Of a DNA stretch of 64,000 bases, positions 30,317 to 37,688 are shown piece after piece. The notes under the pieces were generated by a model, which was not told the DNA's origin, searched no databases, and saw only the letters and a program-made list of their open reading frames with translations. The stretch is from a virus. Taxonomy: Duplodnaviria; Caudoviricetes. Location of the stretch: IMG/VR virus record IMGVR_UViG_3300020049_010034, positions 32,914 through 96,913 of that record. The stretch is one strand, 5' to 3'. The translations under genes were made by a program, and so were the position numbers. The number at the start of each line of letters is the position of its first letter. The stretch's first letter is position 1.

Positions 30317-31897
30317 ATGGTAAAACAGAGAATCGGACTAGCATATGCAAAATTTTGTTTCAAATACAAACGCTTCCCTAGCCGAGCAGATTTAAAAACT
30401 ATTGGCTTTAGCCGAGACCAAGTTCGGGGTCAGTTTGGTAACTACGAAAACCTACGCCTGTTTGCCAAAGAAAATTGGCCTGATATGCTTGACGGTCTGC
30501 TTGATCCATCTCTGTTTGAAGATAAAGCCCATCTGGACTTAGTTAGCCGCACTAAAAAGTTCAAGCGATTTGTAGTAACCTCCGCCGTAGCTGGGGCTCC
30601 AGCTCACAAAGGTTTCTTAAACTCTCTTAAAAATTACTGTCGGGTCAATAAAGCGATGCTTTTAGTTATCCCTGCTAACTACGCTCTTTACGATCTTGAC
30701 CACGACTTAGTAAACGACCCAGAGGTTAGTGTGCTTTTTAAGCCCCTGTCTTTAAACCAAAACATCGTGATCGATCCAATTAAGATTGACCCTAAGCAAG
30801 TGGATCCCGTGGTTGGTTTAGATATTATCGGCAAAAAAAGAGAAGGCACTATTATTGTAGGATCTCCAAAGCAAAGACGCGTTGCCATCGCAAACTCGAA
30901 CGAAAAGATGGCTCGTATGATTCAGTCCACGGGAGCTGTAACAAAGCCTCGCTATGTGCCGTCAGACGGCATCATGAAGCGTCGAGATCGTTTAGCTGAC
31001 GAGCAGCACGTTATGGGTGCGGTCGTGATCGAAATCGCCGACAAGAAACTATTCCACTTCCGCAATATCGAAATGGGTACTGGCGGACGTTTCATCGATC
31101 TTTTTAAAAGATACTCTGAGCAGGAGGTTGTAAATGTTGGGTGCGAAGCGGTAGTTCAAGGTGATTATCACGTCCTATCCACCGATCCAGTCGTTGACGC
31201 TGCGGTTGACGAGATGTGCAAGCTTGGACGACCGAAATACCGAGTTCTACATGATTTCTTCGATGGCCAGTCGATTAACCACCATAACCTTCATAATAAA
31301 ATTGAACGAGCCATTTTGGCAAAACAAAACCTAATCGATCTACGCTCGGAACTCCAAGCAAATAAAAACGCTTTGGAGGCTATGCGTAAAAAGAAGACCG
31401 CCGAACAGATCGTTCTTGTAAAATCAAACCACGACGAGTTTTTATACCGATACCTAAACAAAGGAGACTTTACTGAGCAAAACTACGAGATTGCAACCGA
31501 GCTTATGCTGATTGCAATGCGTGGCTTAGATCCCTTGAAAGATGGTCTTGAACAGCTTTTCGGTCTTAAGAAGGGTAAGGATCTTGTGTGGCTTAAACGG
31601 GATCAGGATTTCCGAGTTTGCGGAGTCGAGCTTGGAAGCCACGGCGATCTTGGGGCAAATGGTAAAAGAAACCCGGGCTCGAAGGGGATGTTCAAGGCTT
31701 ACGGCAAAAGTGTTTATGGACATTGCCATCACTCTGAAATTTGGCATCAAGCCATGTCAGTTGGAACCTCTACCTATATGCGCTTAGGCTACAACAAAGG
31801 GGCGTCTAGCTGGGATCATACTCAGTGTATTGTATACAAAGACGGTACGAGACAGCTTGTATCGGTGATTAACGGGGAGTGGCGTCTTGCTAAGTAA
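30317..31897 (+). CDS. T5 A1-like metallophosphoesterase/nuclease
   Basis: KRFVVTSA...HKGFLNSL, STGAVT, GDYH, PKYRVLHDFFD..SINHHN, SNHD, GSHG..GANG, GHCH, GYNKGASSW...Y.DG.R all align with my recollection of T5 A1. Confidence 0.85.
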   Translation: MVKQRIGLAYAKFCFKYKRFPSRADLKTIGFSRDQVRGQFGNYENLRLFAKENWPDMLDGLLDPSLFEDKAHLDLVSRTKKFKRFVVTSAVAGAPAHKGFLNSLKNYCRVNKAMLLVIPANYALYDLDHDLVNDPEVSVLFKPLSLNQNIVIDPIKIDPKQVDPVVGLDIIGKKREGTIIVGSPKQRRVAIANSNEKMARMIQSTGAVTKPRYVPSDGIMKRRDRLADEQHVMGAVVIEIADKKLFHFRNIEMGTGGRFIDLFKRYSEQEVVNVGCEAVVQGDYHVLSTDPVVDAAVDEMCKLGRPKYRVLHDFFDGQSINHHNLHNKIERAILAKQNLIDLRSELQANKNALEAMRKKKTAEQIVLVKSNHDEFLYRYLNKGDFTEQNYEIATELMLIAMRGLDPLKDGLEQLFGLKKGKDLVWLKRDQDFRVCGVELGSHGDLGANGKRNPGSKGMFKAYGKSVYGHCHHSEIWHQAMSVGTSTYMRLGYNKGASSWDHTQCIVYKDGTRQLVSVINGEWRLAK

Positions 31898-32081
31898 TTT
31901 TCTCGCAGTGTTGTTGGCAGTATTAGGTGTTATCGTTCTGTACGCTCAAATTAAGAGCGATATAGAAGCCAAAAAACGCAAAGCAATTAAGAAGCACTAC
32001 TATCAAGCTCCCAAGAAGGGCTTTATCTGTACTCAATGTGGGTATAACGCATACGAAAGGGATTTGCACGAATGGGTGTGA
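31887..32081 (+). CDS. small membrane-anchored protein
   Basis: N-terminal TM segment, CTQC; GGAG SD before TTG. Confidence 0.55.
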   Translation: MLSNFLAVLLAVLGVIVLYAQIKSDIEAKKRKAIKKHYYQAPKKGFICTQCGYNAYERDLHEWV

Positions 32082-32142
32082 TTTATTTTGTGATTTATTT
32101 TGCCATGGTTTTCACTATCTGGGCTGTAATTCGAGGTGGAAA

Positions 32143-32658
32143 ATGCTAGTGCGTATTTTGCTTTGGTATTGGGATACTTTTTTCTACCAAGAAATCCACA
32201 AACCTATCGGGCTATTTATCCACAGACTTAAAAAAGTGTGGCGCTGGTCTCGCGAAGTGCTTTGGGATAAACACTACGAGTTTGATAACCACGGATTGTA
32301 TATTTTAATACGTTACCATTTGGAACGGCTTCAAATATGTTTGCTTAAGGGATACGCTGTTCAAGAGGAAAAGGATTTAAAAGCCCTGCGAATCAGCATT
32401 AAAATCGCTCGAATGCTGGAGGAAGATCAGTTCGAGGATCGCGCTTGCGAACGGTTTTATAAAAAATGGGGTCAGCCAAACTGGCTATTGCGTAGCAATT
32501 CGCACAAATTCATGTTCCCAAAAGAAAACGAGAGCAACACAGAGCAGGTTCGCGCCGAATATATTGCGTATCTAACCAGATCTTGCGATAAGTATGTGGA
32601 AATGCAGAAAAAGTTATTCTCCATCATTGTAAAGCATGGTCGCACTTGGTTGTATTGA
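32143..32658 (+). CDS. conserved phage hypothetical protein
   Basis: GAGGTG SD before ATG 32143; W...LW.D..FD...L pattern. Confidence 0.65.
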   Translation: MLVRILLWYWDTFFYQEIHKPIGLFIHRLKKVWRWSREVLWDKHYEFDNHGLYILIRYHLERLQICLLKGYAVQEEKDLKALRISIKIARMLEEDQFEDRACERFYKKWGQPNWLLRSNSHKFMFPKENESNTEQVRAEYIAYLTRSCDKYVEMQKKLFSIIVKHGRTWLY

Positions 32659-32702
32659 GTAATCTTATCAACTATTTATTTCACTTTTAATTAAAAAAAG
32701 TT

Positions 32703-32731
32703 TTGACATTTTAAAAAAATGTACTTATATT
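32703..32731 (+). promoter_or_regulatory. sigma70-like early promoter
   Basis: TTGACA-17 nt-TATATT with an A/T-rich UP region. Confidence 0.75.
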
Positions 32732-32758
32732 GATCTCACGCCGTCACAAACAAAGGCA

Positions 32759-32947
32759 ATGAGGCCAAACAACAAAACGGCGAAGGTGGATAGGACAATG
32801 AATAACGAAGTTACATACAGCAAACTAATCAGCATGATGGATAACCCAGAAGGCGTTAAGCCAAGCGATCAGAAATGTTCTGAAAAGGACAAGTTCATCG
32901 AAGAGCTTCTTAAAAAAGAGCGATTGAAAGAGAAGGCTAAAAAATGA
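32759..32947 (+). CDS. hypothetical protein
   Basis: First ORF after the promoter; start may be internal. Confidence 0.5.
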   Translation: MRPNNKTAKVDRTMNNEVTYSKLISMMDNPEGVKPSDQKCSEKDKFIEELLKKERLKEKAKK

Positions 32948-33156
32948 GAATGACCGAGAACTTGGAGATCTTGAAATTATTAGGTTATTTGGCCAGTAGA
33001 CACCCAGACCTACGATTTCATCAACTTTTAGTTAAATCTGGAATAATAGAACATGACAGCGGCGGATATATATGCGATGATTTCTATACGGAATCAAAGG
33101 TGTTAAAAGAAAGAGTTGTTAGGAGTATGAAAAATGAGAATGGGCAAGTATTCTAA
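32944..33156 (+). CDS. hypothetical protein
   Basis: HPDLRFHQLL...FYTES pattern common in phages. Confidence 0.65.
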   Translation: MRMTENLEILKLLGYLASRHPDLRFHQLLVKSGIIEHDSGGYICDDFYTESKVLKERVVRSMKNENGQVF

Positions 33157-33661
33157 AAAAATTACAAGTGTCGATTGGCTAAAAAATCTTGAGACAAGCC
33201 ATTTCACACCCTACATCTTAAATAATGCGGCTGCTGGGTTTTCGTGTGGAGTTAACGCTCTGTCAACTCTTACTGGAGTTCACCCCCAAGAGATCCGCCA
33301 GATCACTGGTAAGTCGGATCATCTGGGCGATCGAAAAGCTATTAAGTATCTCAAAGATCGTGGCTACGGGGTTCATGAGATCACTCAGTCAAAGGTTACC
33401 GCCGATGACTGGCCTGAAGATCCAATTAGCCAGAAACACGTTCTTTTGGTTAGCCAGCTTCGGATTAGAAACGAGGGGACGTGGGCTGTTTGCTATAACA
33501 ACCTGTGGATCCATAATTTTGAGATTGAAGGTTTGACTCCGTTTAGGTTCGTTAACTCTCCAATAATGACTATGTATGCAATCACCCATTACAAATGGGG
33601 TAACAAAATTCAAAAGGAAGGTGAAAAATGCAAAAAACAAGACTACTATCTGAGTTTCTAA
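33134..33661 (+). CDS. hypothetical protein, possible papain/C39-like fold
   Basis: SCGVNALSTLTG resembles a C39 catalytic-Cys helix; no clear catalytic His. Confidence 0.55.
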   Translation: MRMGKYSKKITSVDWLKNLETSHFTPYILNNAAAGFSCGVNALSTLTGVHPQEIRQITGKSDHLGDRKAIKYLKDRGYGVHEITQSKVTADDWPEDPISQKHVLLVSQLRIRNEGTWAVCYNNLWIHNFEIEGLTPFRFVNSPIMTMYAITHYKWGNKIQKEGEKCKKQDYYLSF

Positions 33662-33763
33662 TCTCAGTTACTCAAATCGAAGAGGATGTCGTCAAAGAGG
33701 CGGATTCGTATCTGATCATCCAGCAATTAAAGCAACTTAAAAAAGAGTTGGAGAAAGCTTGCG

Positions 33764-34069
33764 ATGAATAAGGAACCTCACATCGTTTTTAAAACTAGCG
33801 GCGGTGACTACGCTCTACCTCTAAAAAGCGTGGTTACCAGACGAGCGTCAGCAATCTGCAATATCGATGACACGACGACTTTCTGCGAAGAGTTCAAGTT
33901 TGGTATGGCGGATATGGATGCGGCCATCGACTACTTTGCAAATAACATGAAAGTAATTGATTTCCCAGAAGAGGCTTACAAGCTTATCAAGCCAAGCGAC
34001 AAATCAGTTCACGAACTGGTTGCCGACTCTTTGGATGATATGCGTAACGTCTGGGTTCAGATGCTATGA
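33764..34069 (+). CDS. hypothetical protein
   Basis: GGAG SD. Confidence 0.65.
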   Translation: MNKEPHIVFKTSGGDYALPLKSVVTRRASAICNIDDTTTFCEEFKFGMADMDAAIDYFANNMKVIDFPEEAYKLIKPSDKSVHELVADSLDDMRNVWVQML

Positions 34070-34308
34070 TTGACGAAAGCTTTTACCTATCGGATGAAAG
34101 CAAACTATCCAGAGCAGCTCATCTGACTGGCCTATCCGTAGATGAAATCGAATATATCGTCGGACGTTTTAGGCCAGATCATCGTTTTGGCGGCTTGCTA
34201 AAAGGCGAGCTGATAAAAAGTATTGACTCCAAATCTGAATCGGGCTACTCTGTGTATGTTAGACATCATTTTACAAAAAAGAAGCTGTGGAGCGGAAAGG
34301 CTCAATGA
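34066..34308 (+). CDS. hypothetical protein
   Basis: ATGA overlap. Confidence 0.6.
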   Translation: MIDESFYLSDESKLSRAAHLTGLSVDEIEYIVGRFRPDHRFGGLLKGELIKSIDSKSESGYSVYVRHHFTKKKLWSGKAQ

Positions 34309-34634
34309 ATATGGAAGATAATTTTAGACACTGCGACGACTATATTAGAGACAAGACTCAGCCCAAGTGTTTGCGGAAGTTCTTGTTATTTACACGCATT
34401 CCTGCTTACTGGCAGTATACGCGGTGGAAACAATCTTGGGGTATCCCTACGCTATTCGCCACCGTTCCAGCCTACACTGGTATCGGCGGTGGAAAATATA
34501 AGGCCAAAAGAGTTCGCGTGGTTATGGCTTCTCGTTTTGGGGATGTTGGGATAACTACCGATCTGACCGCCGATCATGGGTATGACAAGCGAGTTTTCGT
34601 CGATGCCTTAACAGACTTTAGTGATCGGGCATAA
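34305..34634 (+). CDS. conserved phage hypothetical protein
   Basis: RVRVVMASRFGDVGITTDL...GYDKRV pattern; ATGA overlap. Confidence 0.7.
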   Translation: MNMEDNFRHCDDYIRDKTQPKCLRKFLLFTRIPAYWQYTRWKQSWGIPTLFATVPAYTGIGGGKYKAKRVRVVMASRFGDVGITTDLTADHGYDKRVFVDALTDFSDRA

Positions 34635-34854
34635 CATGAAGCCATATAAATTTCACGAAGCTTTGAATATGATGGTGTCAAAGGGATCTAAGTTTTGGAC
34701 GGATGGTCTGCACCCAGATTCTTTTTATGCTTACGATCCTTTTACAAATCTGATACTGTTTTATCAGGACGAGTCTAGGGCTCAGGAAACATCATCCACC
34801 ATATCCGAGCTTTTAAGATGGGATTGGTATTTAACGAAAGAAGGCGAAAAATGA
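34621..34854 (+). CDS. hypothetical protein
   Basis: Operon continuity; likely start at the internal ATG (MKPYKF). Confidence 0.55.
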   Translation: MIGHNMKPYKFHEALNMMVSKGSKFWTDGLHPDSFYAYDPFTNLILFYQDESRAQETSSTISELLRWDWYLTKEGEK

Positions 34855-35171
34855 AGGCTGAATTAGAATCAATTCTTGCGAAACTGAAGACGGACACCGA
34901 ACACGTCTTAAAAATGTGCCAAGACAAGGCGATCGAAAATACCAAGCTTAAGCTAGAGATCATGGCTTTGCAGCTTGAAAACGAGCGGCTAAAAAATATG
35001 CCGAGTATGTATCACGCCACAAAGGTTGTTGAGCTTCAACTGGAGATAGACAACTTAAAGGACGATATCGAAAACGCTTACAACTACTTAAAAGCAATCT
35101 ATGGCGATCTGGAAGGCTGCGAACCAGAGAAACAAATCATCGAGTCTTTTCGAAAGGTTTTGTATGCCTAA
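34851..35171 (+). CDS. coiled-coil hypothetical protein
   Basis: ATGA overlap, AAGG SD. Confidence 0.65.
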   Translation: MKAELESILAKLKTDTEHVLKMCQDKAIENTKLKLEIMALQLENERLKNMPSMYHATKVVELQLEIDNLKDDIENAYNYLKAIYGDLEGCEPEKQIIESFRKVLYA

Positions 35172-35349
35172 TGCTATCTTACTGGAAAAAGTTCTGACGA
35201 TTAAAGAAGACATTACCGCGTTCGGTAACCGCTTTTGGGTACAGATTGAGGACTCGTCAGGGGATTTAAACTTCGATCTTCGGAATCTGGTCGGGAAAAC
35301 ATTCAAAGCACAGGTAATGCTATTCACGGAGTCCACCCAAGATGAATAA
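35164..35349 (+). CDS. hypothetical protein
   Basis: GAAAGG SD, overlap coupling. Confidence 0.55.
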   Translation: MPNAILLEKVLTIKEDITAFGNRFWVQIEDSSGDLNFDLRNLVGKTFKAQVMLFTESTQDE

Positions 35350-35569
35350 GCTACTCATATCTTTTAGGATGTTTTTGATCAAGAAAATTGCTGGATCTAT
35401 GTCGGTCGCTATGAATCTGAAGATCAACGGTGCTGTGAAGTTTAACTCAAATAATATCTTTAGCCAAAACGCCACCTATTATGCGGACGTGTATGACCAT
35501 CTCTGGAACCAGCTTGAGGTCAAAGATGGGGTTTTAACAAGAAAGATTTTAAAGGTTTTCAATGAATAA
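35342..35569 (+). CDS. hypothetical protein
   Basis: GGAG SD, overlap coupling. Confidence 0.6.
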   Translation: MNKLLISFRMFLIKKIAGSMSVAMNLKINGAVKFNSNNIFSQNATYYADVYDHLWNQLEVKDGVLTRKILKVFNE

Positions 35570-35798
35570 CGCAACGATCGAAAGAAATTACAGAGTTTTT
35601 TACGATTTAGCTGATTCAGATGAGGCCGTAGAGGCTTTTGGTCAGTATTATCTGGACGATTATGGATATAAGCTTCCCGTGGATTTGATCGAACGGTACA
35701 AGGCCGCTCAGGAAACGTGGAAAGCTGTTCAGAGGGAGTTAAAAGCTATCTATGAGGATATGACTGGTCAGTACCGAAATGCGAAAGCTGACTGGTAG
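35562..35798 (+). CDS. hypothetical protein
   Basis: AAGG SD, overlap coupling. Confidence 0.6.
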   Translation: MNNATIERNYRVFYDLADSDEAVEAFGQYYLDDYGYKLPVDLIERYKAAQETWKAVQRELKAIYEDMTGQYRNAKADW

Positions 35799-35808
35799 AA
35801 ATAAAACT

Positions 35809-35838
35809 TTCCCATTTCCGAAAAAAAGATGATATATT
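35809..35838 (+). promoter_or_regulatory. extended -10 promoter for the tRNA-Gly/ncRNA unit
   Basis: TTCCCA (35809-14), TG-A-TATATT (35830-38); 6 nt separate the -10 from tRNA G1. Confidence 0.55.
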
Positions 35839-35844
35839 AATTAT

Positions 35845-35920
35845 GCGGTGGAGGTATCAAGACCTGATACGCTGGTCGTCCAGATCAGAGGGCAAGGTGC
35901 AATTCCTTGACACCGCTCCA
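35845..35920 (+). tRNA. atypical tRNA-Gly(TCC), predicted non-proteinogenic
   Basis: 76 nt cloverleaf: GCGGTG/CACCGC acceptor with G7.A66 mismatch, U73, CCA; 6-bp D stem GTATCA/TGATAC; anticodon arm CTGGT-CGTCCAG-ATCAG; T arm CAAGG-TGCAATT-CCTTG. Confidence 0.85.
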
Positions 35921-35925
35921 AAATT

Positions 35926-36112
35926 TTCCAGAAGCTTAGCGGCTTCAAGTACGCGTGACGGCGCGATGGGTAGGTAACCCCATTGAGAAAAGACTCGCCA
36001 AACTGTAGGCGTTAATTGTAGTAGAGAGTGAACGCATCTATAATGCGTTCAATGCTTGACTGCGGGCAATACTCGCAGCGGTTGGAACTAGCCTATTAGT
36101 TCGGTTTTGGAA
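35926..36112 (+). ncRNA. candidate multi-branched structured ncRNA
   Basis: No ORF; closing stem TTCCAGAA/TTTTGGAA, inner TCAAGTA/TGCTTGA, hairpins CGCG/CGCG, ATGGG/CCCAT, CGCC/GGCG, TGAACGCAT/ATGCGTTCA, CTGCGGG/CTCGCAG, GAACTA/TAGTTC. Confidence 0.6.
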
Positions 36113-36209
36113 CTAAAGTTTTCTTTAAAACGGTCTGATGTGAAACCGAGTCAGTTAGGTTGCGACGGCAGCTTCGGTTTATTTTAAAAACGCTATTAAA
36201 AAGGAAGCC

Positions 36210-36407
36210 GTGAAGAAAAGCGAAATGCTCGGAAAACTGTGGACTTTGTTATACAAGGAAACTGATTATTACGAAGAAGACCTAAAAGAGCTTTGTGAGC
36301 AGATCCTTGGCGTTTTAGAGCATGAAGGAATGCAGCCGCCAGCCCGCTTCATAGACGACGGAGACTTGGGATCCAAATATTCAAACGAATGGGAAAAAGA
36401 AGACTAA
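36210..36407 (+). CDS. hypothetical protein
   Basis: AAGGA SD; MKKSEM...LE.EGM.PP...WEKE pattern. Confidence 0.65.
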   Translation: MKKSEMLGKLWTLLYKETDYYEEDLKELCEQILGVLEHEGMQPPARFIDDGDLGSKYSNEWEKED

Positions 36408-36427
36408 GGTTTTGAAAAAGGTATAGT

Positions 36428-36742
36428 ATGCAGGATAAAGTGATAAGAGACGGAAAAGTGGCGGTTTTATATTCACCGGGTTTTGGGGCTGGGTGGTTTT
36501 CATCGAACAATGATGAGCGCCTTTTGTTTGATCCTATTTTGGTTAAATTAGTTGAGGAAGGTAAGGGTTCTACAGAAGAATTTGAGCAAAGATGTAAGGA
36601 ACTCAATCCAGCAGCTTATCTTGGTGCAGCGGACGATTTAGAAATCAAATGGGTGCCACAAGGGACTAGATTTGAAATTGATGAGTATGATGGTAGTGAG
36701 AATGTTAGATACTTATCGCCAGATGACGGGATTATTGCGTGA
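36428..36742 (+). CDS. conserved phage hypothetical protein
   Basis: GKVAVLYSPGFGAGW...L.I.WVP.GTRF.I.EYDGSE pattern. Confidence 0.75.
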   Translation: MQDKVIRDGKVAVLYSPGFGAGWFSSNNDERLLFDPILVKLVEEGKGSTEEFEQRCKELNPAAYLGAADDLEIKWVPQGTRFEIDEYDGSENVRYLSPDDGIIA

Positions 36743-36755
36743 ACACCGCGAAATT

Positions 36756-36802
36756 TATACGCAAACGCGTATAAACGCAAACCTATACGCAAACGCGTAT
36801 AA
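36756..36802. repeat. tandem palindromic direct repeat TATACGCAAACGCGTATAA x2
   Basis: Exact 19-nt copies at 36756-36774 and 36784-36802. Confidence 0.9.
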
Positions 36803-36872
36803 GATAGCTTGATGTCGCTACAAGCATTTGAATTAACATTATTGTTAATTCGAACGAATAATAAAGATCCTG

Positions 36873-36901
36873 TTGACTATCACGAAAAGCTGTTATATCT
36901 T
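36873..36901 (+). promoter_or_regulatory. sigma70-like early promoter
   Basis: TTGACT-17 nt-TATCTT. Confidence 0.65.
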
Positions 36902-36935
36902 GTTCTAAGGCATCGATAAATAGAAAGTAGGAAAG

Positions 36936-37148
36936 ATGAACAACTTAAAAGTCAACATTTTGCTAACGGCGATCAAAAACCACAGCTCTTATAATAACGT
37001 AAAAAATGAACGCGTCATGCGTACTTATTTTGCAGGTCTGTCTACTGACGGAAAAAAGCAATTCAATCAGTTTTTTATCGCACTCACAGGGAAGCCTTTT
37101 GAGCACTTCGCTGAATACAGCGAGGGCGGGGCGGAGAAACTAAAATGA
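36936..37148 (+). CDS. hypothetical protein
   Basis: AGGA SD after the promoter. Confidence 0.65.
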   Translation: MNNLKVNILLTAIKNHSSYNNVKNERVMRTYFAGLSTDGKKQFNQFFIALTGKPFEHFAEYSEGGAEKLK

Positions 37149-37483
37149 TTAGATGGCTTAAGGAACGATGGGTTACTTTCTGGCTTGGTAAACTTAAAGA
37201 AAAAGAGCTTCAGGTTGAAGATGCCGTTGCCCATATCGCGGTCGGCTCAAACCCAGAAAACTCATTCATAACGATTAGTCTCGACGGATATACCGATAGC
37301 TCTATTTTTGACCCCGAGCCCTATGCCGTGAACGGATCGGATCGTTTGATTAGGTATCTACAAAGCCATCAAACTGTGGTTGTGGACGATGACGGCAACC
37401 CTCATTTTGTCCACACCCTCTCACATATCTATATTGAGAAAAAGTACAGAACCGTAAAAGTATCTTGGCGACAGCAACGATAA
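37145..37483 (+). CDS. hypothetical protein
   Basis: GGAG SD, ATGA overlap. Confidence 0.65.
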   Translation: MIRWLKERWVTFWLGKLKEKELQVEDAVAHIAVGSNPENSFITISLDGYTDSSIFDPEPYAVNGSDRLIRYLQSHQTVVVDDDGNPHFVHTLSHIYIEKKYRTVKVSWRQQR

Positions 37484-37499
37484 ATGTAATATTATAAGT

Positions 37500-37591
37500 G
37501 TGTGGTTCCGTGATGTATGTCGATTAAAGCCCGACAGCAAACAAAGGCGGATTAAACGGTGGGGCGTATAGCTCCAAAAGAACGGCCATAT
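37500..37591 (+). ncRNA. candidate small structured RNA upstream of tRNA-Met
   Basis: Closing stem GTGTGGTT/GGCCATAT; hairpins TGTCG/CGACA and GGGGC/GCTCC; CCGT/ACGG; possible GCC/GGC pseudoknot. Confidence 0.45.
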
Positions 37592-37596
37592 TTTGA

Positions 37597-37671
37597 TGCG
37601 GAATGGTGGAGTGGTTACCATGCGAGCCTCATAAGCTTGAGACGCAGATTCGATTTCTGCTTCCGCTTCCA
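37597..37671 (+). tRNA. tRNA-Met(CAT), initiator-like acceptor stem
   Basis: TGCGGAA/TTCCGCT with a 1.72 mismatch; CGAGC-CTCATAA-GCTTG; GCAGA-TTCGATT-TCTGC; encoded CCA. Confidence 0.9.
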
Positions 37672-37688
37672 ATTTTTGAAAGGTATAA

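Noticed and set aside
35921-36000. HDV-like theta ribozyme 3' of the tRNA
   Set aside because: The tRNA already encodes CCA, and I could not build the nested double pseudoknot starting at its 3' end.
36131-36180. Hammerhead ribozyme (CTGATG...GAAA)
   Set aside because: The core reads CTGATGT-GAAA with no stem II and lacks the CUGANGA consensus. Kept only as an unassigned structure.
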